From a virus: 64,000 nucleotides of DNA. The position numbers and the translations under genes were made by a program. A model generated the notes under the pieces. That model saw only the letters and a program-made list of their open reading frames with translations, searched no databases and was not told where the DNA came from. The stretch is from the IMG/VR virus record IMGVR_UViG_3300025010_000004, positions 1 to 64,000 of that record. One strand, 5' to 3'. The first letter of the stretch is position 1. The number at the start of each line of letters is the position of its first letter. Positions 46,906-55,501 of the stretch are shown piece by piece.

Positions 46906-48125
46906 TACTTATCGTCCTCCTTGGTTGATTTTGTTTCTTCCGTTACAGTAACAGGATCGCCCTCTTTGCCGACATGGAAGGGGTCTTTTGTATCTGTAGT
47001 TTTGGTCTCACCTATAAGTTTGAAATACACTTCGATCTGCTTGTGTATCTCATCGTCAGCGTCAAGGTAAACGTCACGAAGATATTTTAAATCTTCGTCG
47101 GTTAGTAGCTCCATAAGTCCGTTCATTATCTCGCCGCAAGTGTCATCGCAGTCACTCCACTGGTAGCCGCAAGACATACAGAACCCTCCCTGCGTAACGA
47201 ACTTAAGCGCAAGATCTATGGTTGACCGTCCTACGGAGTCAATCCATAAAGTATCCGAACTCTGCGTAGTAGTCGTAGTCGTAGGGAGGTTGTTCTTTTT
47301 TCCGTTGTCAGTCCCTTTATACTCATACGGCTTGTAGTTGTTGACATACTTCACCTTAGCAGTAGCCGGGTATAGCTTGTCGATAGGAGCCTTAAGCATG
47401 CCCATCACCCTGCCTATGGTCATGTACATTTCGTCAATGTGCATGTACTCATTTGCTGAATGCTGCTGGTAGTATCCGATTGACAAGTTTACCGCAGGAA
47501 TCAAATACTCTTCCTGCAGATCAGCAATGTCAGAGTACGAGCCGTGGCTGCTCCTGAACCCGAAACTTTCAACGTAATTTATAACTTCGGTTGGTAACTT
47601 AGTTCCGTAAGTAACCCAATCATTACAGCCTTGGCGGTCCATTTCAACAAACAATCTGGTGTTCCTGTTGTCGTACTTCTTGAACACTTCAGTTGCAACG
47701 AACACCCGCACGCCTTTGCCTCCGCTTTCTTCGCCGTTTGTAAGAATGACGCTAGGCATCGGGAGCTTTTCTTTTCGGCATCTTCGCACAAGGTCGATGC
47801 AAGCAAAAACACCAGCGCGATCATCTCCACCAAGAACGCCTGTGGAATTTCGAAGAACGTTCCTGTTCTGCACAAGATTGTAGACCTTTCCTGCATGGAA
47901 TTCATGACGAGGTTTTTCACCCACTTGGAGTTGCGGGTCGCGAACGGTGTCCATGTGAGCAACTATGCATATCGGGCTGTCGCCAACTGCGTACACGAAG
48001 TTATCGCTGTGTATGTATACGTTTTTATATTCACTGCCTAAGAATTTTGTAGCAGCGGTTACTACTTCAAGTGTTGTCATGCTCAGAACTTCCTGAACGG
48101 TACTCATCAGCTTTGTAGGCTTCAT
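46905..48125 (-). CDS. M20/M28-family Zn peptidase-like protein
   Basis: VAHMDTV, GGDDRAG, GEESG, EMDR, YSDI, NLSIGYYQQHS..E. Confidence 0.8.
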   Translation of the reverse strand: MKPTKLMSTVQEVLSMTTLEVVTAATKFLGSEYKNVYIHSDNFVYAVGDSPICIVAHMDTVRDPQLQVGEKPRHEFHAGKVYNLVQNRNVLRNSTGVLGGDDRAGVFACIDLVRRCRKEKLPMPSVILTNGEESGGKGVRVFVATEVFKKYDNRNTRLFVEMDRQGCNDWVTYGTKLPTEVINYVESFGFRSSHGSYSDIADLQEEYLIPAVNLSIGYYQQHSANEYMHIDEMYMTIGRVMGMLKAPIDKLYPATAKVKYVNNYKPYEYKGTDNGKKNNLPTTTTTTQSSDTLWIDSVGRSTIDLALKFVTQGGFCMSCGYQWSDCDDTCGEIMNGLMELLTDEDLKYLRDVYLDADDEIHKQIEVYFKLIGETKTTDTKDPFHVGKEGDPVTVTEETKSTKEDDK

Positions 48126-48159
48126 ATGAAATATCCTCCTTGTGTATTGCTAGGTTGAA

Positions 48160-48175
48160 GTAGAACTTGTTCTAC
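48160..48175. promoter_or_regulatory. 16-bp palindrome site 9
   Basis: GTAGAACTTGTTCTAC, 5 nt after the stop of 48181..49761. Confidence 0.8.
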
Positions 48176-48180
48176 CCTTG

Positions 48181-49761
48181 TTACCCTACCTCTTCCGTGA
48201 AGTCCTCCCACCCAGCCGGAAGATCGGCGTAGCGAGGCTTGACCTTAGCGCCTACCTCTTTACCTTTGCGCTTGGCGTCGCATGCCGTACAAAGTTCTTC
48301 CCCATCAGCTCTGTACTTATTGTGGTACATTTCTCCACAATCTTGGCACTTGAACGCAACACCCCCAAGACAGTTATTGCAAACCCTGCCGACGTATTTG
48401 TGGTAAGTTACGTTATCCGTTAGATGGTACAGGCCACACACAGAACAATGCATAAACTTAGGTACGCATTCACCGCACACTTTACCGACACCGGCAAGCT
48501 CTTTTAGTTTACGTGTGTCTTCTTTAAGGCCACAATGTGAGCACAAAGTAAAGTGTTTTTTGTCGCATGCTGTACAAACGTTTCTGCCTTTAATAACAGT
48601 AACATTTCCTTTTTCGTGCCACTCACCACAATACGAGCAGTTACTGTACTTAGCATCAGTGCAGCGCTTGCATATAAGCTGGTTATGTACAGTGTTCATG
48701 GTGTCCATGTTATGGCGCTCTCCGCACACTTCACACGTTCCCCTAGCCTTACCGTAGTGGCCTCGGCAGGTTCCGCCTTGTTTGTATGTGGTTGTAATTC
48801 CACACTCAAGGCACATAGCTGGGGCAAACTGTAAAACTGGCATTTCGTACGCCACCTTAGCCGGGTAAGAAAGATCTATCCCATAGTTGTCAAAATAGAG
48901 TGCTGCGGTGTAGTGGTGATCTTCTGCCGTTGCGTACTTAATTTTACCAGGCGTAAAAGTAATACCGTGCTTAGTAAGGAATTCATTTTCAATCCCAAAT
49001 TTTGCCGATACCTTTTCTTCAAGGAATGCTCTGGCGGCATCACGCTCAAACCCGAAATATGCACCATAAGATTTTGGCTGCACGATGTACCCTTTGTCCG
49101 TAATAGCCATCCAGGTTCTTCCGAGCTTGTATATCTCGGCGTCTGTCATTTTAGCCGTCTCCTTAGCTATAAATGAGATCAGCGATATGCCGTCAGAGGC
49201 GTAGGCAATGTTTCCGTTGTAGTTTTCATGCCCAAAACTGTGGCACGAGCTAAAGGCGGCGTTGTCGGAAGCTGTAAGAAAATCTAGCAGATTGGTAGAA
49301 ACTACGAGCTTCCTGCCAGATTTTATAACGTCTCCTAGCCTCGGCAGAAACTGCTTGCGGTTACTGAGCTTAAGTTCAGGGGCGCAATATTCGATTATCT
49401 CGTCATTGTCCTCAAGCTGCTTGGCAAGAATTTTAGATATCTTACCCGGCTGGCCTTTCATAATAATCTCATTTTTAACCAGAGATATAGTAGAAAGGTC
49501 AATCTGATTACCCTTTTGCACAGCCTGATGCAGTAGATGCGCAACAACAGAGTAAGCAACAGGGTAATCCTTCCGCAGCATCTGTTCAGATTTGACCATA
49601 GGGATCTCAACGCGAAACATGTTGTCTTCGTTAAGCCCAACCATAGCGTCGATTTCAGCCTTAGCCTTGCGCATTGTGGCATACACTTTGTCAAGCGCGC
49701 CTGTAGGAATCCTGCGCTTTCGCAAAACCAATTCAATAGTTTTCAGCATTTCTTTGTTCAT
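48181..49761 (-). CDS. Phage protein with SC-motif domain and tandem CxxC Zn-finger repeats
   Basis: DFLTAS...FSSCH...YASD; about ten CxxC pairs in the C-terminal third. Confidence 0.65.
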   Translation of the reverse strand: MNKEMLKTIELVLRKRRIPTGALDKVYATMRKAKAEIDAMVGLNEDNMFRVEIPMVKSEQMLRKDYPVAYSVVAHLLHQAVQKGNQIDLSTISLVKNEIIMKGQPGKISKILAKQLEDNDEIIEYCAPELKLSNRKQFLPRLGDVIKSGRKLVVSTNLLDFLTASDNAAFSSCHSFGHENYNGNIAYASDGISLISFIAKETAKMTDAEIYKLGRTWMAITDKGYIVQPKSYGAYFGFERDAARAFLEEKVSAKFGIENEFLTKHGITFTPGKIKYATAEDHHYTAALYFDNYGIDLSYPAKVAYEMPVLQFAPAMCLECGITTTYKQGGTCRGHYGKARGTCEVCGERHNMDTMNTVHNQLICKRCTDAKYSNCSYCGEWHEKGNVTVIKGRNVCTACDKKHFTLCSHCGLKEDTRKLKELAGVGKVCGECVPKFMHCSVCGLYHLTDNVTYHKYVGRVCNNCLGGVAFKCQDCGEMYHNKYRADGEELCTACDAKRKGKEVGAKVKPRYADLPAGWEDFTEEVG

Positions 49762-49782
49762 TAAGGCCCTCCTTGCCGTTTT

Positions 49783-49971
49783 TTATTTCTTCTGAGCTGC
49801 CTCGATAAGCTTGGTAAGCTTTGCTCTCTCCTTCTTTGCACCTACACCTGCACCCAACCGCTTATCCAGCCGGTCGATTTGCTGCTGCGGCGTAAGAAGG
49901 CCCCTCTGTTCGGCCCTAACCTGGGCGTCTTTACGTCTCTGGTCTTTTCTTTCAGGTGAATTAACAATCAT
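49783..49971 (-). CDS. Small basic phage protein
   Basis: LTPQQQIDRLDKRLG..GAKKERAKL; AAGGAGG RBS. Confidence 0.6.
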   Translation of the reverse strand: MIVNSPERKDQRRKDAQVRAEQRGLLTPQQQIDRLDKRLGAGVGAKKERAKLTKLIEAAQKK

Positions 49972-50007
49972 GGTAGACCTCCTTGTGCTTGGTAGTGTTT
50001 CGTTTGG

Positions 50008-50433
50008 TTACTTCCACCCCTTCTCTTCAAGTAGCCGTCTGAAGCGCGCTGCTTGTTCTTTTGCTTCAATAACTAGCTTGGCTTCTTCTACTTCCCGCGC
50101 AGCAATCGCTTCGTCGGTAAAGTAGGTGTTGTACTTTTTTACTGCTATTTTTAGCTTCTTCCAGCCATCTGCGTGAATAACACAGGACCTAGACGGATGC
50201 CCTACTGGTGCGTTTAGTAAGTCTCTAGACAGCACCCTAAACTCAGCACCAGTAGTTGGGCCTGGTCGGCCATACGAAGAGCTGGCAAGTCTGAACTTTG
50301 TAGTAGATATAAATCTTCGACTTTTATCTCCGAAATCTACGTAAGCGTGCGTCTGCTCCAGTATAGTTACTCTACAAAGTTCGAAATTATGCTCCGGGAG
50401 TAATTCTCCTTTAATCTTAATGTGCTTTGCCAT
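50008..50433 (-). CDS. EQTH-family paralogue 5 (helical C-extension)
   Basis: KHIKIKG...ILEQTH..DFG...WKKLKIAVKKYNTYF. Confidence 0.75.
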   Translation of the reverse strand: MAKHIKIKGELLPEHNFELCRVTILEQTHAYVDFGDKSRRFISTTKFRLASSSYGRPGPTTGAEFRVLSRDLLNAPVGHPSRSCVIHADGWKKLKIAVKKYNTYFTDEAIAAREVEEAKLVIEAKEQAARFRRLLEEKGWK

Positions 50434-50452
50434 GAACCTCCCTTCTTAGAAT

Positions 50453-50477
50453 AGGCTGCGCTTAATAAGCGCAGCCT
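50453..50477. terminator. Hairpin after paralogue 6
   Basis: AGGCTGCGCTTA-A-TAAGCGCAGCCT. Confidence 0.55.
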
Positions 50478-50493
50478 TTACTCATCCGTAGTA

Positions 50494-50838
50494 TTACCCG
50501 ATAATTACCGTGCATACATCCGCTTTTTTCGGAGCCGGTGCAGGCACACATGCGAAGTACTTGTTATAGGCTTCGACAGCGGCTTTGAATTTGGCGTAGG
50601 TGGTTATGGGCATGGTGAGGGTGTAGTTGTTGCGGTAGGCGTTGTGGCCGCGAACAAAAACTTTATTGGCACCATCTACCTCAGGGTAAGCTGCGCTAGC
50701 AATGGTAAACCCACAGTGGGTAAACCTATCACTGCAGTCCCCGAAGTTGCTGTTAATATGAGTTTGCGAAAGGATCTGAACTTTTACAGTCTGGAAATCA
50801 GGAGCCACCGGGGTTACTTTACACGTAATTTTTTTCAT
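50494..50838 (-). CDS. EQTH-family paralogue 6 with C-terminal ADVCTVIIG tail
   Basis: ILSQTHI..NFG...FVRG...FKAAVEAYNKYF-PAPAPKK-ADVCTVIIG*. Confidence 0.8.
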   Translation of the reverse strand: MKKITCKVTPVAPDFQTVKVQILSQTHINSNFGDCSDRFTHCGFTIASAAYPEVDGANKVFVRGHNAYRNNYTLTMPITTYAKFKAAVEAYNKYFACVPAPAPKKADVCTVIIG

Positions 50839-50862
50839 TAATTTTCCTCCTTGGAATGTTGT

Positions 50863-50882
50863 GGGGCCGCTTAGGCGGCCCC
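50863..50882. terminator. Hairpin after paralogue 7
   Basis: GGGGCCGC-TTAG-GCGGCCCC. Confidence 0.55.
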
Positions 50883-50896
50883 TGTGTGAAATAGAA

Positions 50897-51247
50897 TTAG
50901 CCGACGATTACAGCACACGCATCAGCTTTGGGAGCCGGTGGAGCACAGACAGCGTTTACACGGTTGTACTCTTTGACCGCCTCAACAACTTTCGCCCACA
51001 GCTTTTTGCCAACAACGACGGTGTTTCCGTTTTTGGCAGCGTCGGACCCACGGAGCCAGATGGTGTTATTGTCATCTTTGTCACGGGCGGGGTGCTTGTT
51101 GGAACCGAGGACGATTCCGTTGGAAGCGCGGAACTTGTTGCTGTAGCCCTTACCGAAGGCGTATCCGGTGTGGGTCTGCTCGGTAACATTAAACATGACC
51201 TTATTGTAGTTCGGGTTCACCACGGCCTGAAGTATAACTTTTTTCAT
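50897..51247 (-). CDS. EQTH-family paralogue 7 with C-terminal ADACAVIVG tail
   Basis: VTEQTH...FG...FRASNG...WLRG...VEAVKEYN-PPAPK-ADACAVIVG*. Confidence 0.8.
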   Translation of the reverse strand: MKKVILQAVVNPNYNKVMFNVTEQTHTGYAFGKGYSNKFRASNGIVLGSNKHPARDKDDNNTIWLRGSDAAKNGNTVVVGKKLWAKVVEAVKEYNRVNAVCAPPAPKADACAVIVG

Positions 51248-51295
51248 GAGAATTCCTCCTTTGTCTTTCGGGCATAGCCCTACAGTTAACTTGGT

Positions 51296-51327
51296 AGGAG
51301 GCTAACCGACTCCGCCGGAAGCCTCCT
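51296..51327. terminator. Hairpin after paralogue 8
   Basis: AGGAGGCT-N16-AGCCTCCT. Confidence 0.4.
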
Positions 51328-51367
51328 TGTATATAAATTTATTCAGTTGTTCGCTACTGTGTTAATA

Positions 51368-51769
51368 TTAGCCGATGATTACAGCGCAGAAATCAGCAGG
51401 CTGTGCCGCAGGCTTACGCGGTGCCGGAGCCTTGGGAGCTGCATAGCAGCGAGGATCTGCGAAATCGAAGGCATTGTACTCTTTAACAGCAGCGACGATT
51501 TTTTCCCACTCAGCTTTGGTACATTCAACTGCGGAATCGTTGCTTTTCGCCTTGGAGCCACGCAGCCAGATAACGTTCTTCTCATCTGTGTCGCGTGCCG
51601 GGTGGCTGTTGGAAGCAAGAACGATGCCGTTGCTGGCAACGAACTTACGGGGGTCAAGGCTCCGCACGTCACCGAAGTCGCGTCCTTTGTGTGTCTGCTC
51701 CAGCACTTTAAAGAGCACCTTCGTAAAGTTGGGAACGACTTGTGCGGTAATCTTGATGTGTTTTCTCAT
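51368..51769 (-). CDS. EQTH-family paralogue 8 with C-terminal ADFCAVIIG tail
   Basis: AAGGAGG RBS, MRKHIKI...VLEQTH...FVASNG...WLRG...VAAVKEYN...ADFCAVIIG*. Confidence 0.8.
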   Translation of the reverse strand: MRKHIKITAQVVPNFTKVLFKVLEQTHKGRDFGDVRSLDPRKFVASNGIVLASNSHPARDTDEKNVIWLRGSKAKSNDSAVECTKAEWEKIVAAVKEYNAFDFADPRCYAAPKAPAPRKPAAQPADFCAVIIG

Positions 51770-51802
51770 GGTAAATCCTCCTTTTGTTTGTATGCTGTTT
51801 AG

Positions 51803-51818
51803 GTAGAACAAGTTCTAC
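51803..51818. promoter_or_regulatory. 16-bp palindrome site 10
   Basis: GTAGAACAAGTTCTAC. Confidence 0.8.
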
Positions 51819-51832
51819 CTTCCCAACAGTGG

Positions 51833-52402
51833 TTAATGTTTATTCCTGTTTCCTCCGAAGTAGACCTTTTGATAGGCACGCTCCGCGCGCCAAGGCTCTA
51901 CTTTTTCTTTAGCCGGTCTTTCCTTAACAGGAACACCAACCTTTTTGACTGCTGCGCTTATGGAACTCTTTTCTTTTTCTGGTTCTTTTACATCATGAAA
52001 CTCGTTGTACGCTTTTACCGCCTGCTTGAACCGATCATAGGTTTCTTTGCCAAGCTCGAACGATACTTTTCCTACATCGCTAGGACGAAACAAAAGAACT
52101 ACACAGGTTCGATAGTGCAGACCTGGCTCATATTCACTAATTCTACCAAGCTCCAGAGAATACAAGTTAAGAGCATCTTCACCCTCAACTTTGTGGTTGA
52201 ACACCTTAGACTTGTCGTTAAAATTTTCACCAAAATGAGTCTGTTCGGTTATAGTCACCTTAACGGTTTCAAATAACGGAGGTGTTATTTCCGCCTTATA
52301 TTTTATGTGTCTTCTAACTTTTTTAGTAACAAAAGCACCTGTAACCCATTCGTACCGTTCAGGGTAAGTCTCTCCCTCATGGTAGGTGTAGTATTTATAC
52401 AT
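51833..52402 (-). CDS. EQTH-family paralogue 9 (N- and C-extensions)
   Basis: RHIKYKA...ITEQTHFG.NF...FKQAVKAYNEF. Confidence 0.75.
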   Translation of the reverse strand: MYKYYTYHEGETYPERYEWVTGAFVTKKVRRHIKYKAEITPPLFETVKVTITEQTHFGENFNDKSKVFNHKVEGEDALNLYSLELGRISEYEPGLHYRTCVVLLFRPSDVGKVSFELGKETYDRFKQAVKAYNEFHDVKEPEKEKSSISAAVKKVGVPVKERPAKEKVEPWRAERAYQKVYFGGNRNKH

Positions 52403-52413
52403 TTTAGCCCTCC

Positions 52414-52677
52414 CTATGTAAAGATGTAGCCACTAATTTTCAACAGCGCCCTACAGGATTTACATAGGTCCGAAAAAGAAGATACCTCTTCTCCATTTTC
52501 GTCTGCGTCGCCGACAGTGGCTCCATCGTCTGAATAGTAACTTCCTTTACAGCACCAACATCCTTTCTTGTCGGAGTGCTCTCTGCCATTAACCCTTTCA
52601 ACGAATGGGTCTTCTGATGTTTCTCCTACTTCTAGGATTGGGTTTTCCTTGTTAAATTTATTAAGATCAAAGTCCAT
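52414..52677 (-). CDS. Small Cys-containing protein
   Basis: CWCC...CKSC. Confidence 0.5.
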   Translation of the reverse strand: MDFDLNKFNKENPILEVGETSEDPFVERVNGREHSDKKGCWCCKGSYYSDDGATVGDADENGEEVSSFSDLCKSCRALLKISGYIFT

Positions 52678-52717
52678 TTTACCCCCGTAGAAACGTTTTA
52701 AGTTAGTTAAGGCTACC

Positions 52718-53311
52718 TTACCCTTTATCTGAAAATAAGTCCAGTTGTAGCTCAGATTTGGGCTCCTCAGCTATGGTTTCTTTTTCTATGACAGGGGCAA
52801 TATAGTCCTCTATCTTAAATTTCTTAGCTGCGGTCTTTAGAGGAGGCGAATATCCCCAACTTAACGGTTTTTCCTGCGCCAGAAATTTGGACAATTTGAG
52901 CTTAGGCATGCGGGGCACGGTCAAATCTTTTTTGTCGTACATGTAAATTTTACATGCGTTAGCTATGCTGTCCTCCATAGAGCCTCTAGTAACCAGGAGA
53001 TTTAGCCTCTCTGCTTCTATGAAAATGGCCCACATATCACGCTTGAAATCAGCGCGTATTGCTTCAGGCACGTAATCGTAACTGCATACCCACAATTTAC
53101 ACTGCAGTGCCTTTACAGTGCATCCCCCAATCCCAAGGTATTTACAGTTAACGCAGCAGAAGTTTTCTCCTTCCCTTCTACGATGACGCTCGCAAGCTCC
53201 GCCGCTAATATGGCATGGATCGTAGTCAACCAGAAGTTGCAAAGTTCTATCATACAGATTGTTGAAAATAGGGATGAGCTTTTTAGCGTAGTCGTATTCT
53301 CCTACTGGCAT
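52718..53311 (-). CDS. Cys-cluster (Zn/Fe-S chelating) protein
   Basis: C...C...CC..CKYL...GC...L.CKLW.C. Confidence 0.55.
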   Translation of the reverse strand: MPVGEYDYAKKLIPIFNNLYDRTLQLLVDYDPCHISGGACERHRRREGENFCCVNCKYLGIGGCTVKALQCKLWVCSYDYVPEAIRADFKRDMWAIFIEAERLNLLVTRGSMEDSIANACKIYMYDKKDLTVPRMPKLKLSKFLAQEKPLSWGYSPPLKTAAKKFKIEDYIAPVIEKETIAEEPKSELQLDLFSDKG

Positions 53312-53323
53312 GTAACACCTCCT

Positions 53324-53645
53324 TTAATCTTTGAAATACTCGTTGTATTCGTTAACCGCAGCTACTACCTCAGGCCAACGCGCAAATGGAATTGACAGTT
53401 CGAAGTTATCTTCGTTTTTGTTATCTCCTTTGAGGAAAACATAATAGTGCTCACCTTCAAGAAAAGCCTCCGGCCTTCCCAAATCACTCATTAATATGAC
53501 TAGATTCGATGCCTTAAATTGATCTTCATATGCTCGGTCTTCGTAGGCACACCCGAACTCTTTATACACATGGGTCTGCTCTATTATTCTGACGCGCATT
53601 CTATCACCTTCGTCAGGCTTAGCTATCAGGCTTAATGTGCTTCAT
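53324..53645 (-). pseudogene. EQTH-family paralogue 10, frameshifted near the 5' end (in-frame restart possible at 53599)
   Basis: GGAGG-ATG AAG CAC ATT AAG (MKHIK), then one extra C; +1 frame continues LIAKPDEGDRMRVRIIEQTH...VAAVNEYNEYFKD. Confidence 0.7.
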
Positions 53646-53655
53646 TCATGACCTC

Positions 53656-55032
53656 CTACTCGATGGTTATAAGGTACGTTCCAGTATCCTTTGCATTATC
53701 TTTTTTGGTTGTCTTTGCCGGCGTGTTCTCGTAAGTTACAGCAGACACTTTTTCTTCGACTTTTCGCACAAGATCAACCTCGACCACACCTTTAGGCTTC
53801 ACTCCCCTTCTAGCCTTCGGTTTAACCTCAGCCACTACTGCCGCTTCTTCTACCTTCTTTTTAGCTGCTGGCTTCTTAGTCACAACAGGCGGAGGTAGAA
53901 CTTCTTCTACCTTTGGAGGCTCTACTACAGGTGCTTCAATTTTGTTTATATGTACAATCTTATTTCCAGGTATGTACCCCTTGTAGTTGTACGTGCTTCC
54001 TACACGGGTCCAATCTGCATGCTTACTGGCCAGCCCAAACACGAAGTCTCCAGCAGTTTCGTCGTAGCAAACAGAAAAGTCTTTACGTTGATTATCACAA
54101 TTAGGTAACGGGCACCAAGGAACTTTAACGTCACCAAGGGCTTCATGATAAACCGCAGGAACTCTGTAGTCGCAGAGAGTATCCATAGAGTATAATTCAG
54201 TCTTTCCCTGTTTCTTCATGGCTTCGATTACCTGGGTTCTATATGCAGCCGATACGCATTTAACATCCCCATAATACGGGTATTCATCTTTGGCCATATT
54301 TTTACGGTATATCATCCACCTTGCGACTGGCTTTCCATCTACCATGAGATAGCAACCTTTAGCGTAGGGCTGGTAGTGATACCACGCAGAAGGGTAAACC
54401 CCAGTATCATCAGCCACTTTAGGCCAAACCTTTCGGCTAATGTCTCCCCAATAGTCGTTTCCGACTCCCATGCAAGAGCCAGGAACTTTGGTCTTGTACA
54501 TTGTGTAGTAGTCTCTGACGGAGTTACATACCACTATCGCAGAAGGTAAGAAGCTGTCGGACACCATTTTGGCTAAATCTCTCACTTGTGCGTCTCCATA
54601 ACCAAGCTCCTTTAAATTTGTGTAGTCAGCCACAAGTTTGGCGAATGTGGTAATCTCCCACTTTAACGCTAGCTTAACTGCTCGCTCTGGAGTTGCAAAC
54701 CTAACCTCCGTCTTTGGGTCTTTCAGAATTTTGGTTATATATTCAAGCACGTCTTCTGCTTTGAAGTTAGCTTTAATGTTAGGGTATACCCTAACCTTGT
54801 CGGGATCGGATTTTACAGGGAGGGCAAGGGGCATTTCCGGCTTTACTTTGTAGCCGTAGCCTGCTCCTTCAATAACACCTTTTATCTTCTTGGTGACATT
54901 TGCCTTTATCTTCGGCAATGTTATTGCAAGCCGGAGGAACTTTTCAGCAGGCTTACCCACAACTTCTTTTGACTTCTCTGCTGTCTCAGGTTTGAGTTTG
55001 CCGAGTGCGTCCTTGTAAAATTTAAGTGCCAC
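53656..55032 (-). CDS. Phage protein with SCM-motif domain and K/P/A/V-rich tail
   Basis: GSCMG...AWY...DGKPVARWMIY; AGGAGG RBS. Confidence 0.6.
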   Translation of the reverse strand: MALKFYKDALGKLKPETAEKSKEVVGKPAEKFLRLAITLPKIKANVTKKIKGVIEGAGYGYKVKPEMPLALPVKSDPDKVRVYPNIKANFKAEDVLEYITKILKDPKTEVRFATPERAVKLALKWEITTFAKLVADYTNLKELGYGDAQVRDLAKMVSDSFLPSAIVVCNSVRDYYTMYKTKVPGSCMGVGNDYWGDISRKVWPKVADDTGVYPSAWYHYQPYAKGCYLMVDGKPVARWMIYRKNMAKDEYPYYGDVKCVSAAYRTQVIEAMKKQGKTELYSMDTLCDYRVPAVYHEALGDVKVPWCPLPNCDNQRKDFSVCYDETAGDFVFGLASKHADWTRVGSTYNYKGYIPGNKIVHINKIEAPVVEPPKVEEVLPPPVVTKKPAAKKKVEEAAVVAEVKPKARRGVKPKGVVEVDLVRKVEEKVSAVTYENTPAKTTKKDNAKDTGTYLITIE

Positions 55033-55075
55033 TGTTGTAATCCTCCTTAAAAGTAAAAAGTATACTTCTAGTTCT

Positions 55076-55264
55076 TTAGATAACCCATACTATAAGCGCT
55101 TCAATTCTAGCCAAGCATACTTCTAACGTAGGGGCAAACCTTATGTCTGCGTTGTCAATGTTGAACGCCATACAGAAGGCGGTTCCGAAATTCCACAAGG
55201 GGTAAGGGTCGCTGAGGTATTTATTCTTGAATTCCGCGAAATCACGGTAGCTCAGTTCGATCAT
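55076..55264 (-). CDS. Hypothetical protein
   Basis: AAGGAG RBS; FGTAFCMAF. Confidence 0.5.
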   Translation of the reverse strand: MIELSYRDFAEFKNKYLSDPYPLWNFGTAFCMAFNIDNADIRFAPTLEVCLARIEALIVWVI

Positions 55265-55314
55265 GTGTTTTCTCCTTCATTAAAAAATTATAATGTTTGA
55301 CATGCATTTTTTAC

Positions 55315-55484
55315 TTGACAAAATCAACTTTTTGTGGTATAATGCATTCATCGAGCCGTTAGGCGAAGATGAATGCTATAGGGTTTTAAGGTTATGCCTT
55401 GCTGTATGCCTTGCTGTATGCTTTGCTTATGACCTTAACCCTGTGTCTACCCCGCCCGAAGGGCGGGAGGCGTTTTAATGAGAA
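55315..55484 (+). ncRNA. Promoter-driven structured non-coding element, copy 2
   Basis: TTGACA-N17-TATAAT at 55315-55343; three hairpins; loop with TATGCCTTGCTG repeats; 47 nt identical to 36359-36405. Confidence 0.65.
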
Positions 55485-55485
55485 T

Positions 55486-55501
55486 GTAGAACATGTTCTA
55501 C
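55486..55501. promoter_or_regulatory. 16-bp palindrome site 11
   Basis: GTAGAACATGTTCTAC; supplies the TAG of the NAMPT-like gene. Confidence 0.8.

Noticed and set aside
53895-53910. In-gene palindrome-like GTAGAACTTCTTCTAC
   Set aside because: One mismatch, inside codons for VEEVL; could be chance, so not counted among the 13 sites.
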